DNA of 64,000 nt, taken from the IMG/VR virus record IMGVR_UViG_3300017917_001123, positions 267,571 to 331,570 of that record. One strand, written 5' to 3'. Shown in pieces: positions 9,822-18,369 of this stretch. Source of the stretch: a virus. The notes below the pieces were generated by a model. That model was given only the letters and a program-made list of their open reading frames with translations, ran no database searches and was not told where the DNA came from. Positions within the stretch are counted from its first letter, which is position 1. Every line of letters starts with the position of its first letter. The position numbers were made by a program, and so were the translations under genes.

Positions 9822-10689
9822 GATTTAACCTATAAAATTCGTCAAACGTATGAACTACGTACCCACTAACATCAGCGTCAAGAACAGGAACATCGATAAA
9901 GTTTATCGACTGTGCTTTAAACTTTTTAATCAAATCGTCTGCGCCAAATCGTTCAATTGCTTTAAACATGGTAGTTAGTGTTTCGAAGTCGCGGACGTTA
10001 GTAACATCCCAGTCTGTACACATTGTTAGATAAACACCTTGCCATGCTCCGGCAATAGCCCATAGACCGTTTTCTACGTGTGCGCCAAGGGTAAGCCATT
10101 GCTTTAATCTATGTAGGTTCTCCCACCAAATAACTTCTTTGGCAGGTTTGCCCTGTTCTACTCTAACGCCTTTGTCTAAACACATCTTAACACCTTCGCG
10201 AAACCCTGCTCGCCATGCTTGAAGCGGTGTTGTGTTTATAATAGTATCGCTGTATGAAACTGTGAGTGGATAGTACCCTGCTTCCCAACAGAAGTCTACT
10301 TGGCCTTTGTCTTCTTCTGCGGCTTCGTGTGTTTTCATGTTAAGCACAAAGTCCTTGCGCCAAACTTTAAGACTGCCGTTTCCGTAGCGTAGTCCGTTAA
10401 TACAGTTACGTCCTGGCCAATTGAACGCCTGTGCGTTTGGATATTGGTCTAAGTCTAATTGTAAATCCCAAAACTTAGGATTAACAATGTTGTCAGCATC
10501 AACGGTAACAAACCATTCTGTATTGCTTAGGTTAGCAGCCGCCTTGTGGCAAGCATCACTGCCCTTAACACCGTGAACACGTTCGACCCACGGCGCATCC
10601 TGTAACAGTTTAGCATAGTTCATTTCTGCGTTAGGTTCATCGTACGAGATAAACACACAGTCTAATTCATTAATTTTTAGCAACGACAT
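9814..10689 (-). CDS. nucleotide-diphospho-sugar-transferase-like protein (paralog of 6610..7290)
   Basis: The longest ORF runs to 10767. The paralog alignment supports the internal start 'MSLLKINELDCVFISYDEPNAEMNY' at 10689, which removes most of the overlap with the upstream gene. Confidence 0.45.
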   Translation of the reverse strand: MSLLKINELDCVFISYDEPNAEMNYAKLLQDAPWVERVHGVKGSDACHKAAANLSNTEWFVTVDADNIVNPKFWDLQLDLDQYPNAQAFNWPGRNCINGLRYGNGSLKVWRKDFVLNMKTHEAAEEDKGQVDFCWEAGYYPLTVSYSDTIINTTPLQAWRAGFREGVKMCLDKGVRVEQGKPAKEVIWWENLHRLKQWLTLGAHVENGLWAIAGAWQGVYLTMCTDWDVTNVRDFETLTTMFKAIERFGADDLIKKFKAQSINFIDVPVLDADVSGYVVHTFDEFYRLNRV

Positions 10690-11233
10690 AAACAGAAATA
10701 TCCTTAGGACCTTGATAAGGTAACGACATAGTTCCTTTTGTAATAAAAGGTTCAAGAGTAATCTCAAAGCTATCGTATATAGCGAATGGATTACCTTTGC
10801 GAGTTACATATAGATTGTACACTTTATCTTTAACTAAAGTCAATCGGTCGATGTTCTCTTGATTGGTAATTGTATCAAAGTAATTAGGATCGTAAATTAA
10901 GGTTAAACCTTTATCAGTTGCTTCGGTAATAATTCTTGCGCTGGCAATGAAATTTTCAAAACTACGTAATGCTCTAACAACTTCGTCTTCTGTGTTCAAG
11001 ACGATCTGACTCTCAAAAATTTCTTTTCGTCTAAATCCTACAATGTTACTATCAACTATTAACGGATAGTATTCGCTAGGTATTTTCTTTAAGGTAAAGA
11101 ACGGTTCCAATAGACTGAAATCGTCTACTGGTAAGACTGTATATCCTTCTGCCTCTTCAAATTCAAACCCGATGCCCTTGATAACTAGCGTATCGGATTC
11201 AAACTTTACATAACGTCTTTGTACTTGTTCCAT
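10670..11233 (-). CDS. hypothetical protein
   Basis: 187-aa ORF. Confidence 0.4.
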   Translation of the reverse strand: MEQVQRRYVKFESDTLVIKGIGFEFEEAEGYTVLPVDDFSLLEPFFTLKKIPSEYYPLIVDSNIVGFRRKEIFESQIVLNTEDEVVRALRSFENFIASARIITEATDKGLTLIYDPNYFDTITNQENIDRLTLVKDKVYNLYVTRKGNPFAIYDSFEITLEPFITKGTMSLPYQGPKDISVYVVAKN

Positions 11234-12069
11234 ACTAATGACTCTAATGTGTTGATGAAGTTATCTGTAATAAGATCCTTCTTTGTGTAATGTAGGATAT
11301 CGGACTGAGCGTATGGCCCAATCTTTATATTTAGGTCCCCGTCATAGTAAAACGGAATACGTTCTGTCCATTCGTAGTCTGTTGCGCCAAGCCCTTGACT
11401 TCTGCCCTTCATGTGTGTAAAGCGAGGAAATGGTACAGCAGGATTACTCATATCTTCTACCATATCTAACATCTTAGCAGTTAGCGCACAGGCTTCGTCT
11501 GTTGGGATGCTGTCAAACTTGTAATCCTCTAATTGTTCTTTCCACAGCTCTGGATAATCAGTTAGTGCTTCTAGTACACGAAAAAACTTTGTAGTTTCTC
11601 TACTTTGTTTGAAGTATAACCAGCCACTGTAGAAGTCTGGCAATTTGTTTTGATCAACGACATATCTGTAATAACGATCTGTCATTGTTTCTCCTCTGAA
11701 CGTCATAGGGCGGGTAGCAACATACAAGTCGTGTTTTCTAACAAACGGAAGCCAATGACTAACATCGCTTAGGAACAGCAGGTCGCTATCTAAGAATATA
11801 GTTTCTTTATAAGGCGTGTGCTCATAGGCTCTGCTTCTGGCATTCATTCCTTTAGGGCCATCGTAATTAATGACGGTATCAAATACCCATTTTAGTTTTA
11901 AGTTTTGAACAACCTTTGGAGTAGTTGTTGCGATGCTTACAGAATTAAATCCCTGCGGTTGTGTTAGTTTAATTGTTAGCGCAGTAGCATAGGCTAATCT
12001 AAGATAGTCTGTAGTCTGCGTGTTGTTGGCTATCATAAAGTAGCCTAGGTTAAACTCTTTTGAAATCAT
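11206..12069 (-). CDS. hypothetical protein with DxD motif (glycosyltransferase-like)
   Basis: 'IFLDSDLLFLSD' DxD-type motif. 287 aa. Confidence 0.4.
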   Translation of the reverse strand: MISKEFNLGYFMIANNTQTTDYLRLAYATALTIKLTQPQGFNSVSIATTTPKVVQNLKLKWVFDTVINYDGPKGMNARSRAYEHTPYKETIFLDSDLLFLSDVSHWLPFVRKHDLYVATRPMTFRGETMTDRYYRYVVDQNKLPDFYSGWLYFKQSRETTKFFRVLEALTDYPELWKEQLEDYKFDSIPTDEACALTAKMLDMVEDMSNPAVPFPRFTHMKGRSQGLGATDYEWTERIPFYYDGDLNIKIGPYAQSDILHYTKKDLITDNFINTLESLVWNKYKDVM

Positions 12070-12866
12070 TTGACTAACTCCATGAGCTTTGGTAACTTAT
12101 CTAGCAAGTCGAATTTATTCATGTAGTGTATGTCTTGCCCTTGCGTTTTAACAAGCGTTTCTCCACACATTAGGACTGTCAGTGTTTGATCTTTAACCTG
12201 TAGAATCTCATCTTTGTCTGTAAAGATTATAGGACTTGGTAAGGCAGTATAAAACTTATCAAGACCAAACCCGCCCATAGTATGACAAGCAACACTAAAT
12301 GCGTAATCGTTTCTAAATCTTCTTGTATCGAACTTATAGAGTGCGCCGTAGTAACTCCAGTTTTCTCTAACATGGTCAACAAGTTCAAACAGGGCTTTAA
12401 CTTCAGGTGTCTTGTTAAAAATAATGTTTGTAGCCCAGAGCATAGGAATACTAGCAGGGTCTAGCATTAGTGCGCCTAGTGAATTGCCCAGCATGTCGTT
12501 CATACCTTCGCAAATCATAAAGTCTCTATCTGCTTCTAAGTAAGGCTTCAAGCAACTGCTTTGAACTAAGAAATCGCTGTCAATCACTAGTGTTCTGTCA
12601 TAAGGGCTTAGTTCGTATGCCGAACTTCTGTTGGTGTTCTTAAACGAAATGGTCTTACCGGCAAGTGTTCTAGTATTGTCTGTTTCCACAGTAGTAACAA
12701 TCAGTCCATCAAATACGCCCACATCTGTTGCGTCCAAGGTCTTGCTGTCTGTAACAAGCGTGACAGGAATGTTAAGATGTTTCTTAACAAGGCCTGCGGC
12801 TAAAACAGCTTGAGGGCCGTATGCTATGTCGCCATCAAAGGCGAAAATGACGCACCCTGTTGTCAT
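12066..12866 (-). CDS. hypothetical protein with DxD motif (glycosyltransferase-like)
   Basis: 'LVIDSDFLVQS' DxD-type motif. Start overlaps the previous gene's stop (ATGA). Confidence 0.4.
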   Translation of the reverse strand: MTTGCVIFAFDGDIAYGPQAVLAAGLVKKHLNIPVTLVTDSKTLDATDVGVFDGLIVTTVETDNTRTLAGKTISFKNTNRSSAYELSPYDRTLVIDSDFLVQSSCLKPYLEADRDFMICEGMNDMLGNSLGALMLDPASIPMLWATNIIFNKTPEVKALFELVDHVRENWSYYGALYKFDTRRFRNDYAFSVACHTMGGFGLDKFYTALPSPIIFTDKDEILQVKDQTLTVLMCGETLVKTQGQDIHYMNKFDLLDKLPKLMELVK

Positions 12867-13204
12867 AGGTCCACCAGTTTGGCTGCGGTTCGTTTTTGTT
12901 TGATTTGACTGTAGTCTGTCATGTATCTGTTTGTTACTTCAAAATACACACCTACAATCTTGTTGAAGAAATCCTGTAGGTTTTCAATTTCTACAGGATA
13001 TTCGTTGTCGTCTAAGATAACGGCAGATTCATAATCTTTAATTGAACTGATAAAACCAATCAGTTCTCTGCCTACAGTGAAAATGCCTCCGTTGTGTGCG
13101 ATAACAAGTTCAGCAAGTGCTTTGTCTTTTAAGCGTTGTCTTTCTATTCCTAGTGTCTGTCTATAGTTTGCGTGTTCGATTGCTTGTTTAAGCCGATCAT
13201 CCAT
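12863..13204 (-). CDS. hypothetical protein
   Basis: 113-aa ORF, translationally coupled (ATGA overlap). Confidence 0.4.
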   Translation of the reverse strand: MDDRLKQAIEHANYRQTLGIERQRLKDKALAELVIAHNGGIFTVGRELIGFISSIKDYESAVILDDNEYPVEIENLQDFFNKIVGVYFEVTNRYMTDYSQIKQKRTAAKLVDL

Positions 13205-13213
13205 GTGTGCCTC

Positions 13214-14095
13214 TTAGTAGTTGTTTGGTTTTGTCTGTGAATAAGGATAGTAGATTGCTACGTTATGATATATGTTACCATTAACATAGTCCGGACCGCC
13301 TGCGATGCCCGGGTGATCATCGACATAATACACGGTCATAGTAATAGCAGTTCTTTGTTTAACGTCTGTGTTATTATGCCACAGATATATTTGTACATAG
13401 TTTGCTGTATAAGGACTTTCTGGACTATAAATTCTAAATGCTTCGTTAGCGCCTGTGTTTGATGTTCCATAAACACCACCTGATCCCCAGCTGTTGTAGA
13501 ATGTTCCGCCCCAGGCTGCGCCCGATTGGAACATCCCCGTACGAGTCAGAACAATAGTTCCCATGTTTGCTAGCAAGTTTGACCATGTTGCGTTTTGGCT
13601 AGTGCCGTCGCCCCCTGATCGACTTCCTGTAAATTGTAGTCTGCCACCGCCATTCCAGAAACCCCTGTATGCGGCATTGTCTGCCCAAGTAACTGACACA
13701 GATCCTAATGGAGTTAATACTCCGTTCCATGCTCCGCCATACCCATATGACGGGCCAGCAACATAAGCTAGCTGACCTGTACTGATAGCACCCCTATTAG
13801 AGTAAGCAGTATCAACACGAGCAGAGATTGTTGACAAATCAGTTGAAGTAATAATCGCCGTATCGGCTCTTGTTGTAAGGTCTGAGTTAGCACCTGTTTG
13901 TAATAGGTATGCTTTGTTAACGTCGGCTCTTAGATTGTTCCATTGAACACCGGTAATTTTTTCATTATCGGCTACCGTTGCCGCAGAGTAAGTTGTGTTA
14001 TAGCCAAGATCGTTAGTAGTACCATCTGGTGTGCTTAACACACTACGCATTTTAAGAATAACTGGGTTCCAGTCTTCGTTTTGAATGATTGCCAT
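13214..14095 (-). CDS. hypothetical beta-rich protein, paralog A
   Basis: 293 aa, Gly/Ser/Thr/Asn/Tyr/Trp-rich. Shares 'DLGYN', 'RxDxAY(S/A)xR' and 'SGGxGxSQxxSW(T/S)N' blocks with the adjacent gene. Confidence 0.5.
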   Translation of the reverse strand: MAIIQNEDWNPVILKMRSVLSTPDGTTNDLGYNTTYSAATVADNEKITGVQWNNLRADVNKAYLLQTGANSDLTTRADTAIITSTDLSTISARVDTAYSNRGAISTGQLAYVAGPSYGYGGAWNGVLTPLGSVSVTWADNAAYRGFWNGGGRLQFTGSRSGGDGTSQNATWSNLLANMGTIVLTRTGMFQSGAAWGGTFYNSWGSGGVYGTSNTGANEAFRIYSPESPYTANYVQIYLWHNNTDVKQRTAITMTVYYVDDHPGIAGGPDYVNGNIYHNVAIYYPYSQTKPNNY

Positions 14096-14099
14096 AATT

Positions 14100-14999
14100 T
14101 TATCCTAATGTAGATCCTAGCTGTGTAGCTGTTGGTGTTTTATTATACGAGTAATATGTGTTAACAGAAAAACCTAATGTGCCGTCGACTAGGTCTGGAC
14201 CTTGCCCTGTTGCTACGTGTGGGTCTAGTAATACATATTCGATCTCAAAACCTGTTGCAGTAAGAACATTATTACCGCCATATGGTCTAATATAAATGGT
14301 AAAGCTATTAGAAGTGTAGTTTGCGTCACTGGCAAGTATTCTAAAAGCAATACCAGCGTTTACACCAGTTTGTCCATTCTGTAACAAATTATATAGCCCG
14401 CCGTTTGGAAAACTACCGTTACGTGATTGATTTTGTTGAATGGCAGAGTTACCACTGAATACTAAAATTCCAATAGCCTGGAAGATATTAGTCCAGGAAG
14501 AAGTTTGACTTGAACCACTACCTCCTGTCATTGATCCGCCAATGGTAATAAATCCGCCTAAGTTAGCCCACCCACGAAACTCTGCGTTTGATCCCCAATC
14601 GAATCTTACTTTATATTTGTGCTCGGTCTTCCATGTGGAACCGTTAACATAATTATCTGATGTTGTAATTTGTAATTTTCCAACACCGGCAGTAGTTCTG
14701 CTAGCATAGGCAATGTCAACTTTTGCTGATACTTCTGTTAAGTCGTCTGTTTCGATTAACTGACTTCTGTTGTAGATAGCTAGTCCAGTAGACAATCCTG
14801 TTTGATGTTCAATTGCTAGGTTAACGTCTTGAATTACTAGGTTAAGGTCTTGTCCAACAACTTTGGCGCCTTGGACGGCAGGCAAACTAGCAACAGCTAG
14901 GTTGTATCCGAGGTCGAACACCGTGCCGCTAGGTGATCCGATAATTGATGCTATTTTGTTCTGTACTAAATTGAACGCTTCGTCCGTTACTTTTGCCAT
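14100..14999 (-). CDS. hypothetical beta-rich protein, paralog B
   Basis: 299 aa. Collinear similarity to 13214..14095 ('FDLGYN', 'AKVDIAYASR', 'GGSGSSQTSSWTN'). Confidence 0.5.
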   Translation of the reverse strand: MAKVTDEAFNLVQNKIASIIGSPSGTVFDLGYNLAVASLPAVQGAKVVGQDLNLVIQDVNLAIEHQTGLSTGLAIYNRSQLIETDDLTEVSAKVDIAYASRTTAGVGKLQITTSDNYVNGSTWKTEHKYKVRFDWGSNAEFRGWANLGGFITIGGSMTGGSGSSQTSSWTNIFQAIGILVFSGNSAIQQNQSRNGSFPNGGLYNLLQNGQTGVNAGIAFRILASDANYTSNSFTIYIRPYGGNNVLTATGFEIEYVLLDPHVATGQGPDLVDGTLGFSVNTYYSYNKTPTATQLGSTLG

Positions 15000-15010
15000 C
15001 AGTTGCTCCG

Positions 15011-15331
15011 TTATACCCTAAACGACTCGCCGCATCCGCAACGATCTCTTTCATTAGGGTTCTTAAATTCAAATCCTTCGTTTAGCCCGTTCCTTACATA
15101 ATCAACAGTTAGGCCATCTACATAAACATGGCTTTTGGGATCAACAAAAATGCTGAATCCGGTTTTTTCAAACACTAAATCGGAACTGTCGGGCTCGTCT
15201 ACATATTCTAACACATAAGCTAGCCCTGAACAGCCAGTAGTTTTAACGCCTATCCGAATGCCCATTCCTTTCCCTCTCTTTTGTAGGTTTAACAAGAATT
15301 TATTGTAGGCTTCAGTTGTTAAGTTGACCAT
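15011..15331 (-). CDS. Fe-S cluster assembly protein IscA/HesB/ErpA family
   Basis: 106 aa. 'GCSGLAY' and C-terminal 'CGCGESF' are the three conserved Cys of A-type carriers. Confidence 0.8.
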   Translation of the reverse strand: MVNLTTEAYNKFLLNLQKRGKGMGIRIGVKTTGCSGLAYVLEYVDEPDSSDLVFEKTGFSIFVDPKSHVYVDGLTVDYVRNGLNEGFEFKNPNERDRCGCGESFRV

Positions 15332-15353
15332 AAAGTGTTAAAATAAATATTAT
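15324..15353 (+). promoter_or_regulatory. sigma70-type promoter TTGACC-18-TATTAT (rightward, iscU)
   Basis: -35 at 15324-15329, -10 at 15348-15353. Overlaps a leftward promoter in the same AT-rich stretch. Confidence 0.35.
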
Positions 15354-15377
15354 ACGCATATTTAGCGAGTAAAGCAA
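15349..15377 (-). promoter_or_regulatory. sigma70-type promoter TTGCTT-17-TATAAT (leftward, minus-strand gene array)
   Basis: On the minus strand, TTGCTT (complement of 15372-15377), a 17-nt spacer, and TATAAT (complement of 15349-15354). Confidence 0.35.
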
Positions 15378-15397
15378 CGGCTTAAAAGGAGTCTGAT

Positions 15398-15796
15398 ATG
15401 GCATACAGCGAAAAGGTAATTGATCATTATGAAAACCCCAGAAATGTGGGTAGTTTTGATAAGTCTGATACTTCCGTTGGTACTGGTATGGTTGGTGCAC
15501 CTGCTTGCGGCGATGTTATGAAATTACAAATAAAGGTGGACGATGCTACAGGTATTATTACAGATGCGAAATTTAAAACGTATGGCTGTGGATCGGCTAT
15601 CGCAAGTTCGAGCCTTGTCACAGAGTGGGTCAAAGGAAAAACTCTTGACGAAGCCGGAGCAATCAAAAACAGCCAAATTGCCGAAGAATTAGCCCTTCCC
15701 CCGGTAAAGATTCACTGTTCAATTCTAGCAGAAGATGCTATCAAAGCCGCAGTAGCGGACTACAAGGAAAAACATGGAAGCAATAACAGTAACTGA
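15398..15796 (+). CDS. iscU: Fe-S cluster scaffold protein IscU/NifU-like
   Basis: '[13 protein letters not shown]', '[11 protein letters not shown]' and '[12 protein letters not shown]' are the three conserved Cys motifs of IscU. Confidence 0.85.
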   Translation: MAYSEKVIDHYENPRNVGSFDKSDTSVGTGMVGAPACGDVMKLQIKVDDATGIITDAKFKTYGCGSAIASSSLVTEWVKGKTLDEAGAIKNSQIAEELALPPVKIHCSILAEDAIKAAVADYKEKHGSNNSN

Positions 15797-16100
15797 TGCG
15801 GCTTATGACAAGATAATTGACGTACTTGCCGAAGAAAACAATCCTAATATTGCTCTTAGGGTATTTGTTCAGGGCGGCGGCTGTTCGGGCTTCCAATATG
15901 GTTTTACCCTAGACGAAGAACAAAACGAAGACGACTTTGTTATTGAAGGCAAAGTTAAGATTTTAGTTGACTCGATGAGCTACCAGTACCTTGTAGGTGC
16001 TACTATAGATTACAAAGATGAAATCTACGGTAGCCAATTTACTATTAAAAATCCCAACGCCCAATCAACTTGTGGCTGTGGCTCTAGTTTTTCCGTTTAA
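15774..16100 (+). CDS. Fe-S cluster assembly protein IscA/HesB family (second copy)
   Basis: '[11 protein letters not shown]' and C-terminal 'CGCGSSFSV'. Confidence 0.8.
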   Translation: MEAITVTDAAYDKIIDVLAEENNPNIALRVFVQGGGCSGFQYGFTLDEEQNEDDFVIEGKVKILVDSMSYQYLVGATIDYKDEIYGSQFTIKNPNAQSTCGCGSSFSV

Positions 16101-16108
16101 GGATATTA

Positions 16109-17359
16109 ATGAAGATAGCTATACTAGGTGTAGGTTCAGCAGGTTCTATTTCAATTGCCCAACTTTGTGCTCATGTTCCTAAAGGTTGTAAAGTAGTCAG
16201 CATACACGATCCATCAATTCCTATGTTTCAAATAGGCGAAAGTACAAATGCTAATATGGTATCTGTTCTTGAGCAAGCATGTCACTTTAGTTTCACTGAA
16301 GATCTTCCAGCAATGGAAAGTACAATCAAATTCGGTAATAAGTTTATGAAGTGGCGTGACCGAGATTGGTTCAACCCTTTGCTCGATGGTGGCATCGGAA
16401 TACATTTCAACAACTTTAAATTAAAAGAATTTGTAATCAGTCGAGTTAAAAAACATTGGCCTGATAAATTTGAAATGATAGAGGGAAACGTTTCTAATTT
16501 AGTGAACCATGGAACGTATGCCGACGTTGTAGTTGACGGACAGACCCATAGGTTTGATTGGGTAATTGATACACGAGGAACACCAACCAACTGGAGCGAA
16601 TACGAAATTGTAGACGGCATTTCGATTAATAGCGGAATTATTCATACAGTAAACGAGCCAGGAAACTTTCAATATACAGAACATCTAGCAACAGCAAATG
16701 GCTGGATGTTCGGAGTACCACTAACATCTCGTCATACTCACGGTTATCTCTTTAATGATAAAATTACTTCTAAAGAAGAAGCCATTGAAGATATGAAAAA
16801 ATATTTTGGCACAGACGATATTGGCCGTAAGAATGCTCCGGTACACTATCAATTTAAGAGTTACTTTGCTAAAAAAGTTCTAGAAGGTAGAGTCTTAAAG
16901 AACGGCAACAGGGCTAACTTCTTTGAACCAATTAGCGCCAGTGGAATATTCTACTATATCTATACAAACTATCTTCTAATTGATTTGTTTAAGAAAAGAC
17001 ACAACGAAGATGAACTAAATCAAAAATTTAGAGATTTCGGAAATCAGTTGGCAGATCTTATTTGTTTCTTTTATCACGGCGGAAGTACTTACGATACACC
17101 ATTTTGGAAATATGCCAAAGAAAACGCAAGACAGCGACTTTTTAGAAGTCCGTTTTTTAGAAAAGCGTTAATTGACTGTTTTGTCAAGGGCGAAGCAGGG
17201 TTACCACATTATGCTGACCCGTGGATCTTTAGTGGATATCATCTTCATTTAATCGATAAAAAGTTTGGATATAATTACTTCACAGATCCTGTAAAAAATC
17301 GGCAAGCAGTAGCAGAAATTGATGCCAACTTAAAGTCTCAAGGAAAAATAATATTATGA
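16109..17359 (+). CDS. flavin-dependent (tryptophan-type) halogenase-like protein
   Basis: N-terminal dinucleotide-binding 'IAILGVGSAGSI'. 'QIGESTNA' resembles the halogenase 'IGVGEAT' motif. 'ANGWMFGVPL' resembles the 'GWxWxIPL' motif. Confidence 0.5.
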   Translation: MKIAILGVGSAGSISIAQLCAHVPKGCKVVSIHDPSIPMFQIGESTNANMVSVLEQACHFSFTEDLPAMESTIKFGNKFMKWRDRDWFNPLLDGGIGIHFNNFKLKEFVISRVKKHWPDKFEMIEGNVSNLVNHGTYADVVVDGQTHRFDWVIDTRGTPTNWSEYEIVDGISINSGIIHTVNEPGNFQYTEHLATANGWMFGVPLTSRHTHGYLFNDKITSKEEAIEDMKKYFGTDDIGRKNAPVHYQFKSYFAKKVLEGRVLKNGNRANFFEPISASGIFYYIYTNYLLIDLFKKRHNEDELNQKFRDFGNQLADLICFFYHGGSTYDTPFWKYAKENARQRLFRSPFFRKALIDCFVKGEAGLPHYADPWIFSGYHLHLIDKKFGYNYFTDPVKNRQAVAEIDANLKSQGKIIL

Positions 17360-18075
17360 TTGAATATAGATCGCCGACAACTGTAAAAGATTCTCTACCC
17401 CAAACAGAACAACGTACCGAATGGATGGATGGTTGGTTTAAAATTCGTAAGCTCGACTTGAACATGGATGCTCTAAGACACGAATGTCTAGGAGTTCAAA
17501 AAATGGTCAAGGAACGTTACGGAGACCAAGACGGAATGAATTACTATGAGAATAAGACAACAAACTTATTTGGCAAGTACAACATTTTTATGTTTAGTTC
17601 TTTTTCTCTACATACATTGTACTCTGAGATAGTTAAGACTTGGAACATGGTCAAACCCGATGATCAAAAATATTATCTACAAAGTTGGTTAAATGTCTAT
17701 GACCAGAGCAAAAGTATTGGCTGGCACTATCATTGGACAGAAAAGTATCTTGCTTGGCATGGATTTTTCTGTGTTGATGTCGACGTGAGTAAAACAACTT
17801 ACGCATTACAGCCACCACACTTTCAGCGTAGCAAGTCAATTCCTTACGGAACTTACAACGGTCGAGAAATCCTTGAATACAACGATGAGTACGAACTAAT
17901 CGATGTAGTAGGACAAGACGGTCTCTTAATTATGAGCCCTAGCGCAGGAGATAGCCACAGAAATATTCCGTGGAAGATTGCGGAACGTCCTCGAATTACT
18001 ATTGCGTTTGATATTGTGCCAGGTCAACATATTTTTAATGAAGACTGGGAGAATCACTGGATACCTCTAGTATGA
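17356..18075 (+). CDS. hypothetical protein
   Basis: 239-aa ORF, ATGA overlap with the upstream gene. Confidence 0.45.
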   Translation: MIEYRSPTTVKDSLPQTEQRTEWMDGWFKIRKLDLNMDALRHECLGVQKMVKERYGDQDGMNYYENKTTNLFGKYNIFMFSSFSLHTLYSEIVKTWNMVKPDDQKYYLQSWLNVYDQSKSIGWHYHWTEKYLAWHGFFCVDVDVSKTTYALQPPHFQRSKSIPYGTYNGREILEYNDEYELIDVVGQDGLLIMSPSAGDSHRNIPWKIAERPRITIAFDIVPGQHIFNEDWENHWIPLV

Positions 18076-18326
18076 GCTTATATAAACAACTACACATTGA
18101 CACAATTAAGTTAGGAGCCCGTGCCCAAACTGAACACGATTTTGGAGAGGAGGGAGCCATTCTTATTCCAAATGGAAAATCCAAAATATTTGTACATTGG
18201 ATGACCGACAAAGGCAATATTCGTTCAACTTGGACTATGACTTATGCGTCCAAAATAAAAGGAAAAGTTCGTTTAATTAACGGTTTGGACAATGAACTTT
18301 CAATTCAAGTCTTGACAGACTGGTAA
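18072..18326 (+). CDS. hypothetical protein
   Basis: 84-aa ORF. Its 3' end carries the ligase promoter. Confidence 0.35.
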   Translation: MSLYKQLHIDTIKLGARAQTEHDFGEEGAILIPNGKSKIFVHWMTDKGNIRSTWTMTYASKIKGKVRLINGLDNELSIQVLTDW

Positions 18327-18340
18327 ATCTTTGCTATAAT
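18312..18340 (+). promoter_or_regulatory. consensus sigma70-type early promoter TTGACA-17-TATAAT
   Basis: Perfect hexamers: -35 at 18312-18317, -10 at 18335-18340, 30 nt upstream of the ligase ATG. Confidence 0.55.
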
Positions 18341-18369
18341 ATACATATAGACACTGAAAAAGGATCCAA

